From: a virus
IMG/VR virus record: IMGVR_UViG_3300036832_000434
Location: 7,750 to 71,749 of that record
DNA length: 64,000 bases
Reading direction: 5' to 3' (one strand)
Shown here: one piece after another, positions 45,980-56,398 of the stretch
How positions within the stretch are numbered: the stretch's first letter is position 1
Layout of the letters: each line of letters opens with the position of its first letter
Notes under the pieces: model-generated
Told to the model about the DNA's origin: nothing
Seen by the model: the letters and a program-made list of their open reading frames with translations, nothing else
Databases searched by the model: none
Made by a program: the position numbers and the translations under genes

Positions 45980-46588
45980 ATGTCGGCCACGCTCGCGCTC
46001 ACCGAGTCGAACATGCTCGCCGGCCTCCGCGCGGTGCTCCTATCGCTGATCGCGCCAGGGACCGAAGTGATCGAGGGCGAGATCAACCGGGTGCCGGAGC
46101 CCGCCGGCGGGGATTTCGTCGTGATGATCCCGATCACCCGCGAGAGATTGGCGACGAATGTCGATACGTACGACGATATCCCCGGTGCCGGCGTCAAGCT
46201 GATCCGGATGCCGACGGCCGTCACCGTGCAGATCGATATCCATGGCCCGAACAGCGCCGACAACGCGGCGATCGTGGCGGCGATCTTTCGCGATGAGTCG
46301 ATGAGCGATGGCCTCGCGATCTCGGGCCTCGATATCGCCCCGCTCTATACCAGCGAGCCGCGGCAGACGCCGTTCATCAACGCGGAGCAACAGGTCGAAT
46401 TCCGTTGGGCGATCGATCTCACGTTGCAAGTCAACCCGATCGTCACCATCGGGCAGGATTTCGCCGATACGATCGTCGTCACGCTAAACGAGGTCGATCT
46501 ATTCCCCTTAGTCCCCGATACGCTGCTCGTCGGCGGCGATGGCGATCTGCTCGTCGGCGGCGACGGCGATCGATTGATCTCCGGATAG
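45980..46588 (+). CDS. Neck/tail terminator protein
   Basis: NRVPEP, Q.D.HG, PLY, P..N.EQQ.E.RW, Q.FAD. Confidence 0.8.
   Translation: MSATLALTESNMLAGLRAVLLSLIAPGTEVIEGEINRVPEPAGGDFVVMIPITRERLATNVDTYDDIPGAGVKLIRMPTAVTVQIDIHGPNSADNAAIVAAIFRDESMSDGLAISGLDIAPLYTSEPRQTPFINAEQQVEFRWAIDLTLQVNPIVTIGQDFADTIVVTLNEVDLFPLVPDTLLVGGDGDLLVGGDGDRLISG
46523..46570 (+). repeat. 24-bp tandem duplication encoding LLVGGDGD x2
   Basis: CTGCTCGTCGGCGGCGA(T/C)GGCGAT twice. Confidence 0.85.
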
Positions 46589-46597
46589 GGGCTATCC

Positions 46598-47962
46598 ATG
46601 GCTGATCGGACTATCGCAGCGATAGACATCGTTACCGCGCTCGGCCTCGGCGCCGACGGCCAAGTGCTGACGACGGATGGCGCCACCATCCCCGCGTGGC
46701 GCAATCAACCGGCCTGGGGAACGGTCGCGGAGATCGATACCGGCCCTGGCCTGACCGGCGGGCCGATCACTCGATCCGGTGTGATCGGGATCAATTTCGG
46801 CACCGTCGCCGGTACTGTCATGGCGGGCGACGATGCCCGTGTCGTCGGGGCGGAGCAGGCGGCGAACAAGGGCGCGGCCGGCGGCTATGCCGCGCTCGAC
46901 GGGACCGGCAAGGTGCCTACCGCGCAGCTTCCGGCGTCCGTCCTCGGCAGTCTCCATTTTCAGGGGACGTGGAACGCCGCGACGAATAGCCCGGCGCTCG
47001 CTTCCGGTGTCGGCACGACGGGGCAGTACTATGTCGTCGGGACCGCGGGCACGACGGCGATCGATGGCGTCGCCGTTTGGGCCGCCGGGGATTGGATCAC
47101 TTTCGACGGCTCGAAATGGGACAAGCTCGACGGGCAAGCCAATCCAGTAACCTCGGTTGCTGGCCGGCAAGGCGCCGTCACCCTCGCCGTCGCCGACATC
47201 GCCGGCCTCGGCGCGCTCGCGAGCCTCGGCCTCCCGGCGGCCGGGCTGATCGTCAGCAATGGCTCGGCGCTCGTCGATGCGACGATCGGCGCCGGCCTAT
47301 CGTTCAATAACGGCACCGTCGCGCTCGCTACGATCGCGCCTAGCGCCTTGCTCGCCAATCCCGGCACCGTCGCCGCCCCGCCGGCCGCAACCTCGCTCTC
47401 GGCGATCCTAGACGCTGCCGCGGGGGCGGCTCAGGGCAGTATGCTCTATCGCTCCGGCACCGGATGGGTCGTGCTCACGCCGGGCACGTCGGGGCAAGTG
47501 CTCACCGCGGGCGGCGGGGCGGCAAACCTCGCCTGGGCGACGCCAAGCTCTGGCGTGACAAACTTCTCCGGCCTCGCCGGGGCCGCGACATACGGCCAGC
47601 TACCGGCCGAGGTGCAGAACATCCCGATCAGCTTCGTCCTCCCCGGCAAGCCGGCGGCGGGACAGGTGATGAACCTCCCGATGGCGATGCCGGTAACGAT
47701 CGGGAGCGCGCTATCCGGCGCGCGCGTGTTCCAGGGCACGGCGACGACGGCTAACGCCGCTTTCACGCTTAACCGGATCAGCGGCGGAACCACGATCACC
47801 GCGCTCGGCACGATCACCGTCCTCTCATCCTCGCCGACGGCCGCCGCCTTGTCCGGAACCGGCGGCACGCTCGCGGCCGGCGACGTGCTCCAACTCGTCG
47901 CGCCTACGCAGGACGCGACCCTCGCCGATTTGGGGATTACGATCCTATGCGCCCGCGTTTAG
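46598..47962 (+). CDS. Fibre-like virion protein
   Basis: Gly/Ala/Thr-rich; NKG...GYA.LD..GKVP..QLP, GTWNA, VTSVAG..G.V. Confidence 0.75.
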   Translation: MADRTIAAIDIVTALGLGADGQVLTTDGATIPAWRNQPAWGTVAEIDTGPGLTGGPITRSGVIGINFGTVAGTVMAGDDARVVGAEQAANKGAAGGYAALDGTGKVPTAQLPASVLGSLHFQGTWNAATNSPALASGVGTTGQYYVVGTAGTTAIDGVAVWAAGDWITFDGSKWDKLDGQANPVTSVAGRQGAVTLAVADIAGLGALASLGLPAAGLIVSNGSALVDATIGAGLSFNNGTVALATIAPSALLANPGTVAAPPAATSLSAILDAAAGAAQGSMLYRSGTGWVVLTPGTSGQVLTAGGGAANLAWATPSSGVTNFSGLAGAATYGQLPAEVQNIPISFVLPGKPAAGQVMNLPMAMPVTIGSALSGARVFQGTATTANAAFTLNRISGGTTITALGTITVLSSSPTAAALSGTGGTLAAGDVLQLVAPTQDATLADLGITILCARV

Positions 47963-48495
47963 CGAAGGTGGTTCCAATTAGTCCCGTTGATGATCAGCGT
48001 GATTGTCGGCCGAGATACCTTGAACAAATCAGCGATGAACTGTTGGGACATTCGCTTTGTCGCGTGCAATGCGCGAATGGCGTACACGTCAGCCTCGGAC
48101 AAGATGGCTTTGTGGTTCTTGCTGCCATTCATCCTAGTCCGATGTCTATGCTGATCGTCTCGGTTCTCCAAAATGGTGGCCCATCGAAGATTGGTCTCGC
48201 GATTGTCGTGTCCATTATTGTTCCAATGCGCGACTTCATGCTTAGGCGTTGGTGGGGGGCCGTGAAAAACCCGGCAGATTATGGTGTGCAAATTGGCCGA
48301 ATGGCCTTCGCCAAGATGCACTGTCTGATAGCGCCTATTTTTCGACTTCGATATCCGCAGCAGTGTGCCGCGATAGCGCATAGGTCTGCCGTTCTTGTCG
48401 GAGACAATGCGATCAATCGACCGCAACCGTCCGAGACTAGATGCCTCATATCCCGGATGATCTGGTATTGCTCGCCATTCTTCGCGCTTTGTCAT
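47959..48495 (-). CDS. NUMOD4-HNH homing endonuclease
   Basis: WR.IP...GYEAS.LGR.RS; H......F.G, V.H.N....DN...NL.W.T..EN; C-terminal HTH. Confidence 0.92.
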   Translation of the reverse strand: MTKREEWRAIPDHPGYEASSLGRLRSIDRIVSDKNGRPMRYRGTLLRISKSKNRRYQTVHLGEGHSANLHTIICRVFHGPPPTPKHEVAHWNNNGHDNRETNLRWATILENRDDQHRHRTRMNGSKNHKAILSEADVYAIRALHATKRMSQQFIADLFKVSRPTITLIINGTNWNHLR

Positions 48496-48543
48496 GGAAG
48501 CGAGAGTAGCACAATTACCATCCTAGCCGCGAGGGTCTAGCTC

Positions 48544-50508
48544 ATGGCGCTGGTTTTCATGGAAGGGTTTGATAAGTATGGCCCGGTAGGGCAGGCAACA
48601 CCCACTCCGGCTAGCCTTATAGGGGCGGGAGAATGGACTAGCCTATCCGCTGGCCCAACTATAGTCGCAGGATTGAGCACGCCCGGCAACGCGATTCGTA
48701 TATCTACACCCGGCGGTGGCAACCTCTCGACATTGACGAGAGGCTTGGGGGTTAACTATTCGCGCCTCATCGGCGGATTTCGGTTTAATTGGAGCAGCGG
48801 GACAGGAGGTGCTGCTTCCGGTTTGAGTTTATTAGACGGCGCTTCTAATCAAGTATTCGTCGGGGTCAATGGGTCGGGCAACATAGTTGTAAAGCCGTCT
48901 CACTCATCAGGGTCTAATATAGCTGTTTCTTCTGGCGTAATTACGACCGGATCGACGCATTATCTTGAATTCGACATAACGATCGGCGCGAGCGCTGCCT
49001 ATCAGGTCTGGCTTGACGGGGTTTCCGTTCTCAGCGGCACGGGCAATACAAGGAATGGAACCGCGAACAATTATGCGAATTCTATCTTGCTTGGGTGCTT
49101 CTCTGGGACCAACACTTTGGTTTGCGATTTCGACGATCTCTATCTTTTCGACGCGACCGGCGCGACATGCAACGCCGCGCTATTGACTAATCCGATCGTC
49201 GAAACCTCGTTTCCATCCGGCGACGCACAGGCGCAATGGACGCCAGGAGCCACGATCATCGGGCAGGATTACTCGGCGACGGCGAACACCAACGCGCCGG
49301 GCGCTAATCAGCTTTTTGTTCGCCCGTTCACCCCGCCGGTCAACATGACGCTCAACTCGGTCTCGGTTCGCCCGGCGGCGACGAGCGCGACCGTGAAGCT
49401 CCGGCCGGTGCTCTATGGCCCTCCGGCCGCGACCGGCGCGCACCGCTACTGGCGCGTCTATACGTACAACACGACGCCTAGCAACGGCGGGCCGTACATC
49501 GCGGAGTACCAGTTCCGCGAGGTAGCGGGAACGCCGCAGACATTCAGCGGCGGCACAATCTCGGCCTCGACGGTAGGAAATGGCGCGGCGGCTAACGCCG
49601 CGGATGGCAACGTCGCAACATACTGGGGTGGCTCCGGGGCCTTACCAAATTGGTGGGCATACGACTATGGCCCTGGCGTTACGAAAACCATCGTCGAGGT
49701 CGCAATCACGAAAGAGAATTCGCAGAATTTCAACACGAACAATTTCGATATTCAGTATAGCGACGATGCGATCACATGGCAGACCGTGGCGAACTATACA
49801 TGCGGCCCTTGGACAATTCCGAGTAACCAGACACAGCTATTCGACGTCTCCGCCCGCCCAAATACCGCCGGCTCGCCCGGCTCGGCGCTCGTCGCCGCCG
49901 GCCCGGAAGTCGTCGGTATGACGTCGGGCGCAACGCTGACCGCGCCATTCTCGGCCGGGCAGGCGCTGACCGCGGGAACGACCTACGCGATCGGCTTCAT
50001 CACCGATACCTCCGTCGCATTGAGCGAGGTCGATGCGGGCACGACCGGGATCAAGGTGGCGAACACCTATGCGGGTGGCGCCCCCGCCACGCTCCCGACA
50101 CCAACGACGGGAAATCCGTCCTGGCAGCTTTGGGGGAACTGCACGGGGGCCGCCGCGAACTGGGCCTCGCTATCGAGCAATCCGCCGATCGATGACATCG
50201 CCTATGTCACCTCATCGACCGTCGGGCAGGAGGATTTGTATAGCTTCGCGCCGCTATCGAGCGCGCCGGCCGCGGTCCATGCGGTCGCGGTCAAGGCCCG
50301 CGTCAAACGATCCGATAGCGGCACGCGCACCGTCGATGTCCGCGCGGCATCGGCGGGAGTAGATAGCGCCGGCTCGGCCTCCGGCTTCACTCCGGGGACT
50401 TCGTTCGGCTGGGTCGATAGCTATTTCCCGCTCGATCCGGCAACCGGCATCGCCTGGACGGGGACCGGGGTTAACGCGCTGACCGCGGGGATCAAGGTCG
50501 CCTCGTGA
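48544..50508 (+). CDS. Virion protein with lectin-like and F5/8 discoidin-like domains
   Basis: MAL.F.EGFD, H YLE..I, DD.Y; RYWRV, A.DG...T.W, QYSDD...W. Confidence 0.7.
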   Translation: MALVFMEGFDKYGPVGQATPTPASLIGAGEWTSLSAGPTIVAGLSTPGNAIRISTPGGGNLSTLTRGLGVNYSRLIGGFRFNWSSGTGGAASGLSLLDGASNQVFVGVNGSGNIVVKPSHSSGSNIAVSSGVITTGSTHYLEFDITIGASAAYQVWLDGVSVLSGTGNTRNGTANNYANSILLGCFSGTNTLVCDFDDLYLFDATGATCNAALLTNPIVETSFPSGDAQAQWTPGATIIGQDYSATANTNAPGANQLFVRPFTPPVNMTLNSVSVRPAATSATVKLRPVLYGPPAATGAHRYWRVYTYNTTPSNGGPYIAEYQFREVAGTPQTFSGGTISASTVGNGAAANAADGNVATYWGGSGALPNWWAYDYGPGVTKTIVEVAITKENSQNFNTNNFDIQYSDDAITWQTVANYTCGPWTIPSNQTQLFDVSARPNTAGSPGSALVAAGPEVVGMTSGATLTAPFSAGQALTAGTTYAIGFITDTSVALSEVDAGTTGIKVANTYAGGAPATLPTPTTGNPSWQLWGNCTGAAANWASLSSNPPIDDIAYVTSSTVGQEDLYSFAPLSSAPAAVHAVAVKARVKRSDSGTRTVDVRAASAGVDSAGSASGFTPGTSFGWVDSYFPLDPATGIAWTGTGVNALTAGIKVAS

Positions 50509-50714
50509 CCGATGCCGTCAGCACCGGCCTGATCCGCGAGAGCCTCTATTCCGCGACCGGGGCGCTACGTGCCACCGGGATCGTCATCGAGACGCTCCGG
50601 ACCACGGGGACCGGCGGCGCGACGTTCCTTAACATCGACGGCGTGATCCGCGAGGTGCTCCGATCGAGCGCCGTTCGGACGTCATCGGCGGCGATCGTGG
50701 TCGTGATGGGATGA
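50505..50714 (+). CDS. Small virion-associated protein
   Basis: Coupled; G.I.E.L repeated three times. Confidence 0.5.
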   Translation: MTDAVSTGLIRESLYSATGALRATGIVIETLRTTGTGGATFLNIDGVIREVLRSSAVRTSSAAIVVVMG

Positions 50715-51013
50715 GCGTACGCCAGCGCTCCGCGCCGGTCCGCAATCCGCGCCATCTCGCCTTTATCCGCTCGCAGCCGTGCGCCGCTGACGGCTGCCGC
50801 ACCCGCCCGGTCGAGGCGCATCACCTCCGCGTCGGGACCGATGGCGGGATGGGCCTCAAGCCGTCGGATACCTGGGCGATCCCGCTCTGCCGCGTCCATC
50901 ACGCCGAAATCCATCGCCTCGGCGAGCAAGTTTTCGAACGTCAGATCGGGATCGGGCTGCGCGCACTCGCGGCCGAACTCGCGACACTATCCAAGGGGGG
51001 ACCGATGCCATGA
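50711..51013 (+). CDS. DUF968-like HNH-type nuclease
   Basis: HL.FIR.QPC, AHH.R, GMG.KP.D...IPLC..HH.E.H. Confidence 0.8.
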   Translation: MSVRQRSAPVRNPRHLAFIRSQPCAADGCRTRPVEAHHLRVGTDGGMGLKPSDTWAIPLCRVHHAEIHRLGEQVFERQIGIGLRALAAELATLSKGGPMP

Positions 51014-51366
51014 GGCTAGTCATTCTCGCGTTGGCCCTCGGCTTCGCCTCGCCGGCATTCGGCCAAGGCGCGGGCACGGGCGCGGACTTCTCGGCTAATC
51101 CGGCGACGATCCCGATGACCGGCTTCGTGCTCTTGCAGACCATCCCGGCGACACCGGGCCGGCAAAACGTCGAGATTCAAAATCAATCAGGCGGCCTAAT
51201 TCAAGTGGTGCGCGACGACGGAAGCGGCAACAACCAAACGTCTTTCATGCTCGGGAGCGGTGGCGGGATCGGGCTTCAAGGCGGCGACTGGTCGAGCGGC
51301 ACATTCAAGGGCCGGATTCGCCTCTATGGAGCGGCCGGCTCTCAGGTCGCGGCGGGGCAAGAATGA
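51010..51366 (+). CDS. Small beta-rich protein with Sec-like signal peptide
   Basis: MRLVILALALGFASPAFG N-terminus. Confidence 0.65.
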   Translation: MRLVILALALGFASPAFGQGAGTGADFSANPATIPMTGFVLLQTIPATPGRQNVEIQNQSGGLIQVVRDDGSGNNQTSFMLGSGGGIGLQGGDWSSGTFKGRIRLYGAAGSQVAAGQE

Positions 51367-54300
51367 TGCGCAAATTTCGCTTTCAGCGTCGGCGTCATGC
51401 TTCGCCCGATATAGAGTCGCCGATAATTTCATCGCGGCGTGATCTAGCGTTGGTCGCAGCGGTAGGCGGCGTTGCGATGCTTTCCGGGCGGGCCGCCAAA
51501 GCCACGACTAGCGCGCCGTTACCGCCGCTAGACCAAATTGGCCGCAACGCAATCAAAGAGCCGATCAATGGCGTCGCCGTCACCGATGCCGTCTATGGTG
51601 CCGTCGATGATGGCTTAAAGGGCTATTTCACCGCGACCTGGGTAGTCGCCGCATCGACTTTGACGGTTGCTATGGCGAGCTTGAGCGTGACCGTTGCCAA
51701 CACCGGCACGTACAACGGCGCGACCGTGGCCCAGGTGACGTTTCCCGGTCTGACGTCGGGCATGGGAATCAACTTAGGCTCGGAATGGATCGGCAAGCCG
51801 ATTGCCATTACCGGCGCGGGCGCCGCGGGCGGAACGCTCGTCGCTAAGGTCGTCGGTTTCTTCTATGATAGCGTAAATGCCAACGTAGCTACCGCAATCC
51901 TCAATATCCCCGCACCGACACCGATCACGGCCTCGACTCAGAGCCTAGCTTGCCCGTGCTTTACCTCCGGGTCGGACGGCTCCGGCGTGCCGTCGTGCGT
52001 AGGCGCCGCAATCTGGATCAGCAACGGCGCCGCGCCGGCCACAACAGGGAGTATCCAAAAATCTACCGCGCTGCGCGATACCATCGCTTCGGTCGTGTCA
52101 CCGTTTCAGATCACCATTGCCGGCACATTTACCGCGCCGTCCGTCACCGCGATTCCCGGTAGCCTGATCGTTTGGGGCAAGAACAACTCCGCGGCCGTTA
52201 TCGCCGCCGGGCGCGCAGCGATCGGCTTCGGCCGCAAGACCCTATTCTTTCCCGGTTTTTCGTTCGCGAACTCGACCGGCCTATTCTGCTGCTTCGATTT
52301 CGTCACAAACGCCGGGCTGGCGGTAAATTTGGCGAACTATCTCGCGTCAGAGACGCTCAGCGCGCTGCACTGGATTTCCTCCGACGCGGAGACATTCGTT
52401 TCCTCGGCCACAGGGGCCAACGGCAACACGGCGACAGGATTTTTTCAGGATACGAACTACAAAAAGAGCGCGGTGCCGTTCAACGCGCCGGGCCTTCCGG
52501 TGCCGAAAATCGGTATCCAAGGGGCAATGCACATGCCCCGATGCGCCACACTCAATAGCATCGTTGTCGTCGTGACCGGCGATAGCTGGGGCACGCCAGA
52601 CCCATCAGGCACAGGAGGCAATGACCACTATAGCCTCCTATGCGCGGAATTGCAGCGCCAGAACCCCGGCAAGACGATTCATATCGTCAACCGCGCGATC
52701 AGCGGCGCCACATATCAATGGCTCAATAGCGTGCCAAACCCGGCGGCATTCCCGCCGTGGTACGCCGTGCATAGCAATCCGTGGCTTTCGTATATTCAGA
52801 CGGTCCCGGTGGATGGCCTCGGAACCGTGACTCCTGACCTCGTCATCATTTACATGACGGGCAATAACGAAGGCTCCAATGCCGGGCAGATGTATAAAAA
52901 CGATGTCGCATCTACGATCGCGACAATAAAGGGCTGGCCACAGACGAACGGGCTGCCGCCGGATATCGTGATGATCGCCGGGGGATCGAAGGGCACCGAG
53001 AACTTTACCAACGGCTCATCCGAAGCGGTGCATCTAACGCACGAATACTGCACGAGCTTCTTGCGATCGTTCGCTCGCGTCAACGGTATCGGGTTGATGG
53101 ATTTCGGCACGTATGGCGGGATGCTCGTGGATGGCTGGTCGCCGGATGCGATGATTCTCAAACAAGTGCCGTCGCTAGCTGCCGGGGTTGCGACCGCGAC
53201 AGCGCCTTATTCGTGCCAGTATCTCACTAGAGATTTTTTCTTCGCGGTGCAGCTTGGGACGGCGGCACAGACCGGCACTTCGTTTTGGGCGGCGGCCGGC
53301 ACGCTCTCGATTAGCCTCGCAGCCAAGCCTGACAACCGGCTATGGATCGGCCCCGACGGCTCAGGCAACCTCGTGGTCGCGGCGGTGACTTGGGGGCTAC
53401 CGGTCACGACGCCATGCGCGATCACCAACGGCGCGGGCGCGCTCGTCACCAGCGGCCAGACCTCCCTGACCCCGACAGCGCAGTTTATCGCCCCGGCGCC
53501 GCCTTCATTCAAAATCGGCAACAACGCCGCTAGCTTCACGTCCGGCATGGTCGGCCAGTGCTTCCTGATCCCGACGAGCCTCTACAACAATGCCGATATG
53601 CGTAGCTACGTCTCAGGATACACCAACTCTAACAATGCTTATGTCTCGGACGGCAACGGCAATGGGGGATCGACCGGTTCGATTTTCGTCGGCGGCCAGA
53701 TGTTCGTCGCCAATGACGCTACGGCCAAGGCGGATATCATTCTCGCCGGGGCTGGCGCGACGAATCATTTGCTGACCGGGGCGAACTCCCTAGTGACGAA
53801 GGTCGCAACCTACACTAGCAAGAATTCGGTCGGCTTGGCCGCCAACGCCTCCGCTACACTCACGGCCGGCTCCCCGGTCAAGGTGTTCGTTGGCAGCATT
53901 GCGGTCGGGCCTACGTACGACACGGCGATGCAAATCGCTACGGATGCCGGCGCAAACCCGATCTATACGATCCAGAAACGCGGCAACCACCTTCGCATAG
54001 GCTACGTGCCCGGTGGATCGGTAATCGCCAACAACGTCCGCGCGGCGATTCAGAACAATGAAATCGTGGTCTGGGAAGGCGACGTCGAATGCTACGGCGG
54101 CCCCTACATTCCGCAAATTTGGGCCGGCGCCTCGGTCACAGTGCAGGTCGTATATGCGTGGCTCGGGGAGCGGGATTTGCGCCTACCAAGCAATACTGAG
54201 CGCGAAATATGGGGCGCCGGAGATGCCGCCACTACATTCGATTATGGCGGCGATACTTCGCATCTATCGCAGATCGGGATCAGTCGCATCGTCGATCCGA

Positions 54301-54632
54301 TCATGGCTCGGCAGAATTGGGCGGCCGGAGCAAACTACGCGGGCACGTTCGCCGTCAACGTGCCCACAACCGGCTTTAGCTACACGATCCCGGCCAATCA
54401 AGCATTTACCCAACTCACCCCGGCCGGCACGCTTGCGAGCGGCACGATCACGCTCCCGGCGGTGTCGCCCCAGGGCGGCCGGATTGAGATCATGTCAACG
54501 CAGACGATCACCTCGCTAACCGTGTCCGCACCAAGCGGCTACACCATACAGGGTGCCGCGGTCACGACGTTGGCGGCCAACGGCACGCTGGCATATCGGC
54601 TCGCCGGCACGGTGTTCTGCCGCGTGCAATGA
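51363..54632 (+). CDS. Large tailspike-like protein with SGNH/GDSL esterase domain and Tat-like leader
   Basis: GDSW, NRAISG, GNNE, DTSH; SRRDL + hydrophobic stretch + AKA. Confidence 0.7.
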   Translation: MMRKFRFQRRRHASPDIESPIISSRRDLALVAAVGGVAMLSGRAAKATTSAPLPPLDQIGRNAIKEPINGVAVTDAVYGAVDDGLKGYFTATWVVAASTLTVAMASLSVTVANTGTYNGATVAQVTFPGLTSGMGINLGSEWIGKPIAITGAGAAGGTLVAKVVGFFYDSVNANVATAILNIPAPTPITASTQSLACPCFTSGSDGSGVPSCVGAAIWISNGAAPATTGSIQKSTALRDTIASVVSPFQITIAGTFTAPSVTAIPGSLIVWGKNNSAAVIAAGRAAIGFGRKTLFFPGFSFANSTGLFCCFDFVTNAGLAVNLANYLASETLSALHWISSDAETFVSSATGANGNTATGFFQDTNYKKSAVPFNAPGLPVPKIGIQGAMHMPRCATLNSIVVVVTGDSWGTPDPSGTGGNDHYSLLCAELQRQNPGKTIHIVNRAISGATYQWLNSVPNPAAFPPWYAVHSNPWLSYIQTVPVDGLGTVTPDLVIIYMTGNNEGSNAGQMYKNDVASTIATIKGWPQTNGLPPDIVMIAGGSKGTENFTNGSSEAVHLTHEYCTSFLRSFARVNGIGLMDFGTYGGMLVDGWSPDAMILKQVPSLAAGVATATAPYSCQYLTRDFFFAVQLGTAAQTGTSFWAAAGTLSISLAAKPDNRLWIGPDGSGNLVVAAVTWGLPVTTPCAITNGAGALVTSGQTSLTPTAQFIAPAPPSFKIGNNAASFTSGMVGQCFLIPTSLYNNADMRSYVSGYTNSNNAYVSDGNGNGGSTGSIFVGGQMFVANDATAKADIILAGAGATNHLLTGANSLVTKVATYTSKNSVGLAANASATLTAGSPVKVFVGSIAVGPTYDTAMQIATDAGANPIYTIQKRGNHLRIGYVPGGSVIANNVRAAIQNNEIVVWEGDVECYGGPYIPQIWAGASVTVQVVYAWLGERDLRLPSNTEREIWGAGDAATTFDYGGDTSHLSQIGISRIVDPIMARQNWAAGANYAGTFAVNVPTTGFSYTIPANQAFTQLTPAGTLASGTITLPAVSPQGGRIEIMSTQTITSLTVSAPSGYTIQGAAVTTLAANGTLAYRLAGTVFCRVQ

Positions 54633-54673
54633 CGGCCGCGTCTATCCACAATCATCGATAGGGGACCAAAGCC

Positions 54674-56386
54674 ATGACGGTTAACTCGATCCCGGCCTCG
54701 GCAATCGTCGCCGTCACTCCCGGCGTGCTCGCCGCGGGCGGCTCTGCGCTCGATCTCTCCGGCCTCGTCCTCACGACAAATCCGCGCATCCCGATCGGGA
54801 CCGTGCTATCGTTCGCCTCATACCCCGATGTCTCGGCGTACTTCGGCCCCACTTCGCAGGAGGCTGGCATCGCCGCGGTCTATTTCCTCGGCTTCGACAA
54901 TTCGAACAAGAAACCCGGCCAGCTTCTATTCTCGCAGTATCCGACGGCCAATGTCGGCGCCTACCTCCGCGGCGGCTCGATCGCGCTCCTACCGCTCACC
55001 GCGCTCCAGGCGCTAACCGGCGTGCTGACCGTCACGATCGACGGCACGCCGCGGACGTCGAGCACGATCAACCTCTCGGCCGCGACAAGCCCATCGAACG
55101 CCGCGGCGATCATCGCCACCGCACTCGGGGGATCGGGACCGCAGCACGCCGCTTTCACCGGCTCGATCTCGACCACCGTTCTGACCGTCTCGGCGATGAC
55201 GTCCGGCGCGATCCAAGTCGGCGACGTCATCGCGGGCGGCACCGTCTCGGCCGGGACCACGATCATCGCGCAACTCTCCGGCTCGCCCGGCGTGGCGGGC
55301 ACCTATACCGTCTCGGCCTCTCAGACCGTCACCTCGGCCGCGCTGACCGCCTCCCTCCCCGTCGTCTCCTACGATGCCACGGCCGGCGCCTTCGTGGTTT
55401 CGAGCGGCACAACCGGCGCCTCGTCAACGATCGGCTTCGGCTCTGGCACGATCGCGACCGGCCTCGCGCTGACCGCGGCGGCCGGCGCCGTCACCTCGCA
55501 AGGCGCGGTCGCATCGACACCATCGGGCGCGATGAATGCCGTGATCGGCCAGACGGGCGATTTCGCCTCGTTTATGACCGCCTTCAAGCCATCGACGAGC
55601 GACATGGTAGCCTTTGCCGCTTGGACCAATGCCACGGTCGATAACTATGTCTATGTGATGTGGGATACCGACATCACCCTGACCACTTCGAGCTTCGGAT
55701 CATCCGCGCTCGGGCAGATCGCCAACGCCGCCTATGATGGCACGTTCGGTATATACGAAACGTCCGATATCAATCTCGCCGCGTTCGTGATGGGCATGAT
55801 CGCCTCGATCGATTTCGCCGAGACGAACGGGCGGACCAATGCGGCGTTCCGGACGCAATCGGGCCTCACGCCTCAGATCGTCAACCAGACGATCGCCGCC
55901 CAGCTTGAAGCCAACGGGTGCAATTTCTTCGGCGCCTGGGGGACCGCCAATGATCGGTTCCTATTCCTCTATCCGGGCGCGATCACCGGCAAATTCCGTT
56001 GGCTCGATACTTACGTCAACCAAATCTGGATGAATAACCAATTCCAATTGGCGCTGCTCTTGTTCCTGACGCAAGTCAAGTCGGTTCCGTACAATCAAGT
56101 CGGCTATGCGATGATCGAGGCGGCTTGCATGGACGTCATCAATCAGGCGGTCAATTTCGGCGCCGTAGTCCCCGGCGTGACGCTCTCGTCGGCCCAGGTC
56201 GCCGAGGTAAACAACGCCGCCGGCCTCAAGATCGACACGGTGCTCGCGTCGCGCGGCTGGTATCTCCAAGTCAGGGACGCGACGCCACAGGTCCGCGCCG
56301 CACGCGGCACGCCGCCTTGCACGTTCTGGTATATGGACGGCGGGAGCGTGCAGCGCCTCGGCCTCGCATCCGTCACCGTGCAATAA
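54674..56386 (+). CDS. Tail sheath protein (DUF3383-like)
   Basis: SIPAS.IV.V.P.VL, V..YFG..S.E, W.D.YVNQIW, FWY.DGGSVQ. Confidence 0.92.
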   Translation: MTVNSIPASAIVAVTPGVLAAGGSALDLSGLVLTTNPRIPIGTVLSFASYPDVSAYFGPTSQEAGIAAVYFLGFDNSNKKPGQLLFSQYPTANVGAYLRGGSIALLPLTALQALTGVLTVTIDGTPRTSSTINLSAATSPSNAAAIIATALGGSGPQHAAFTGSISTTVLTVSAMTSGAIQVGDVIAGGTVSAGTTIIAQLSGSPGVAGTYTVSASQTVTSAALTASLPVVSYDATAGAFVVSSGTTGASSTIGFGSGTIATGLALTAAAGAVTSQGAVASTPSGAMNAVIGQTGDFASFMTAFKPSTSDMVAFAAWTNATVDNYVYVMWDTDITLTTSSFGSSALGQIANAAYDGTFGIYETSDINLAAFVMGMIASIDFAETNGRTNAAFRTQSGLTPQIVNQTIAAQLEANGCNFFGAWGTANDRFLFLYPGAITGKFRWLDTYVNQIWMNNQFQLALLLFLTQVKSVPYNQVGYAMIEAACMDVINQAVNFGAVVPGVTLSSAQVAEVNNAAGLKIDTVLASRGWYLQVRDATPQVRAARGTPPCTFWYMDGGSVQRLGLASVTVQ

Positions 56387-56398
56387 GGAGCTAGGCCA

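Noticed and set aside
47947-48540. 197-aa plus-strand ORF, or a group I intron around the HNH gene
   Set aside because: It is the antisense shadow of the HNH gene; the upstream gene ends with its own stop and there is no room for a ribozyme core
46598-54632. Diversity-generating retroelement acting on fibre genes
   Set aside because: No reverse transcriptase and no ~100-bp template/variable repeat pair seen
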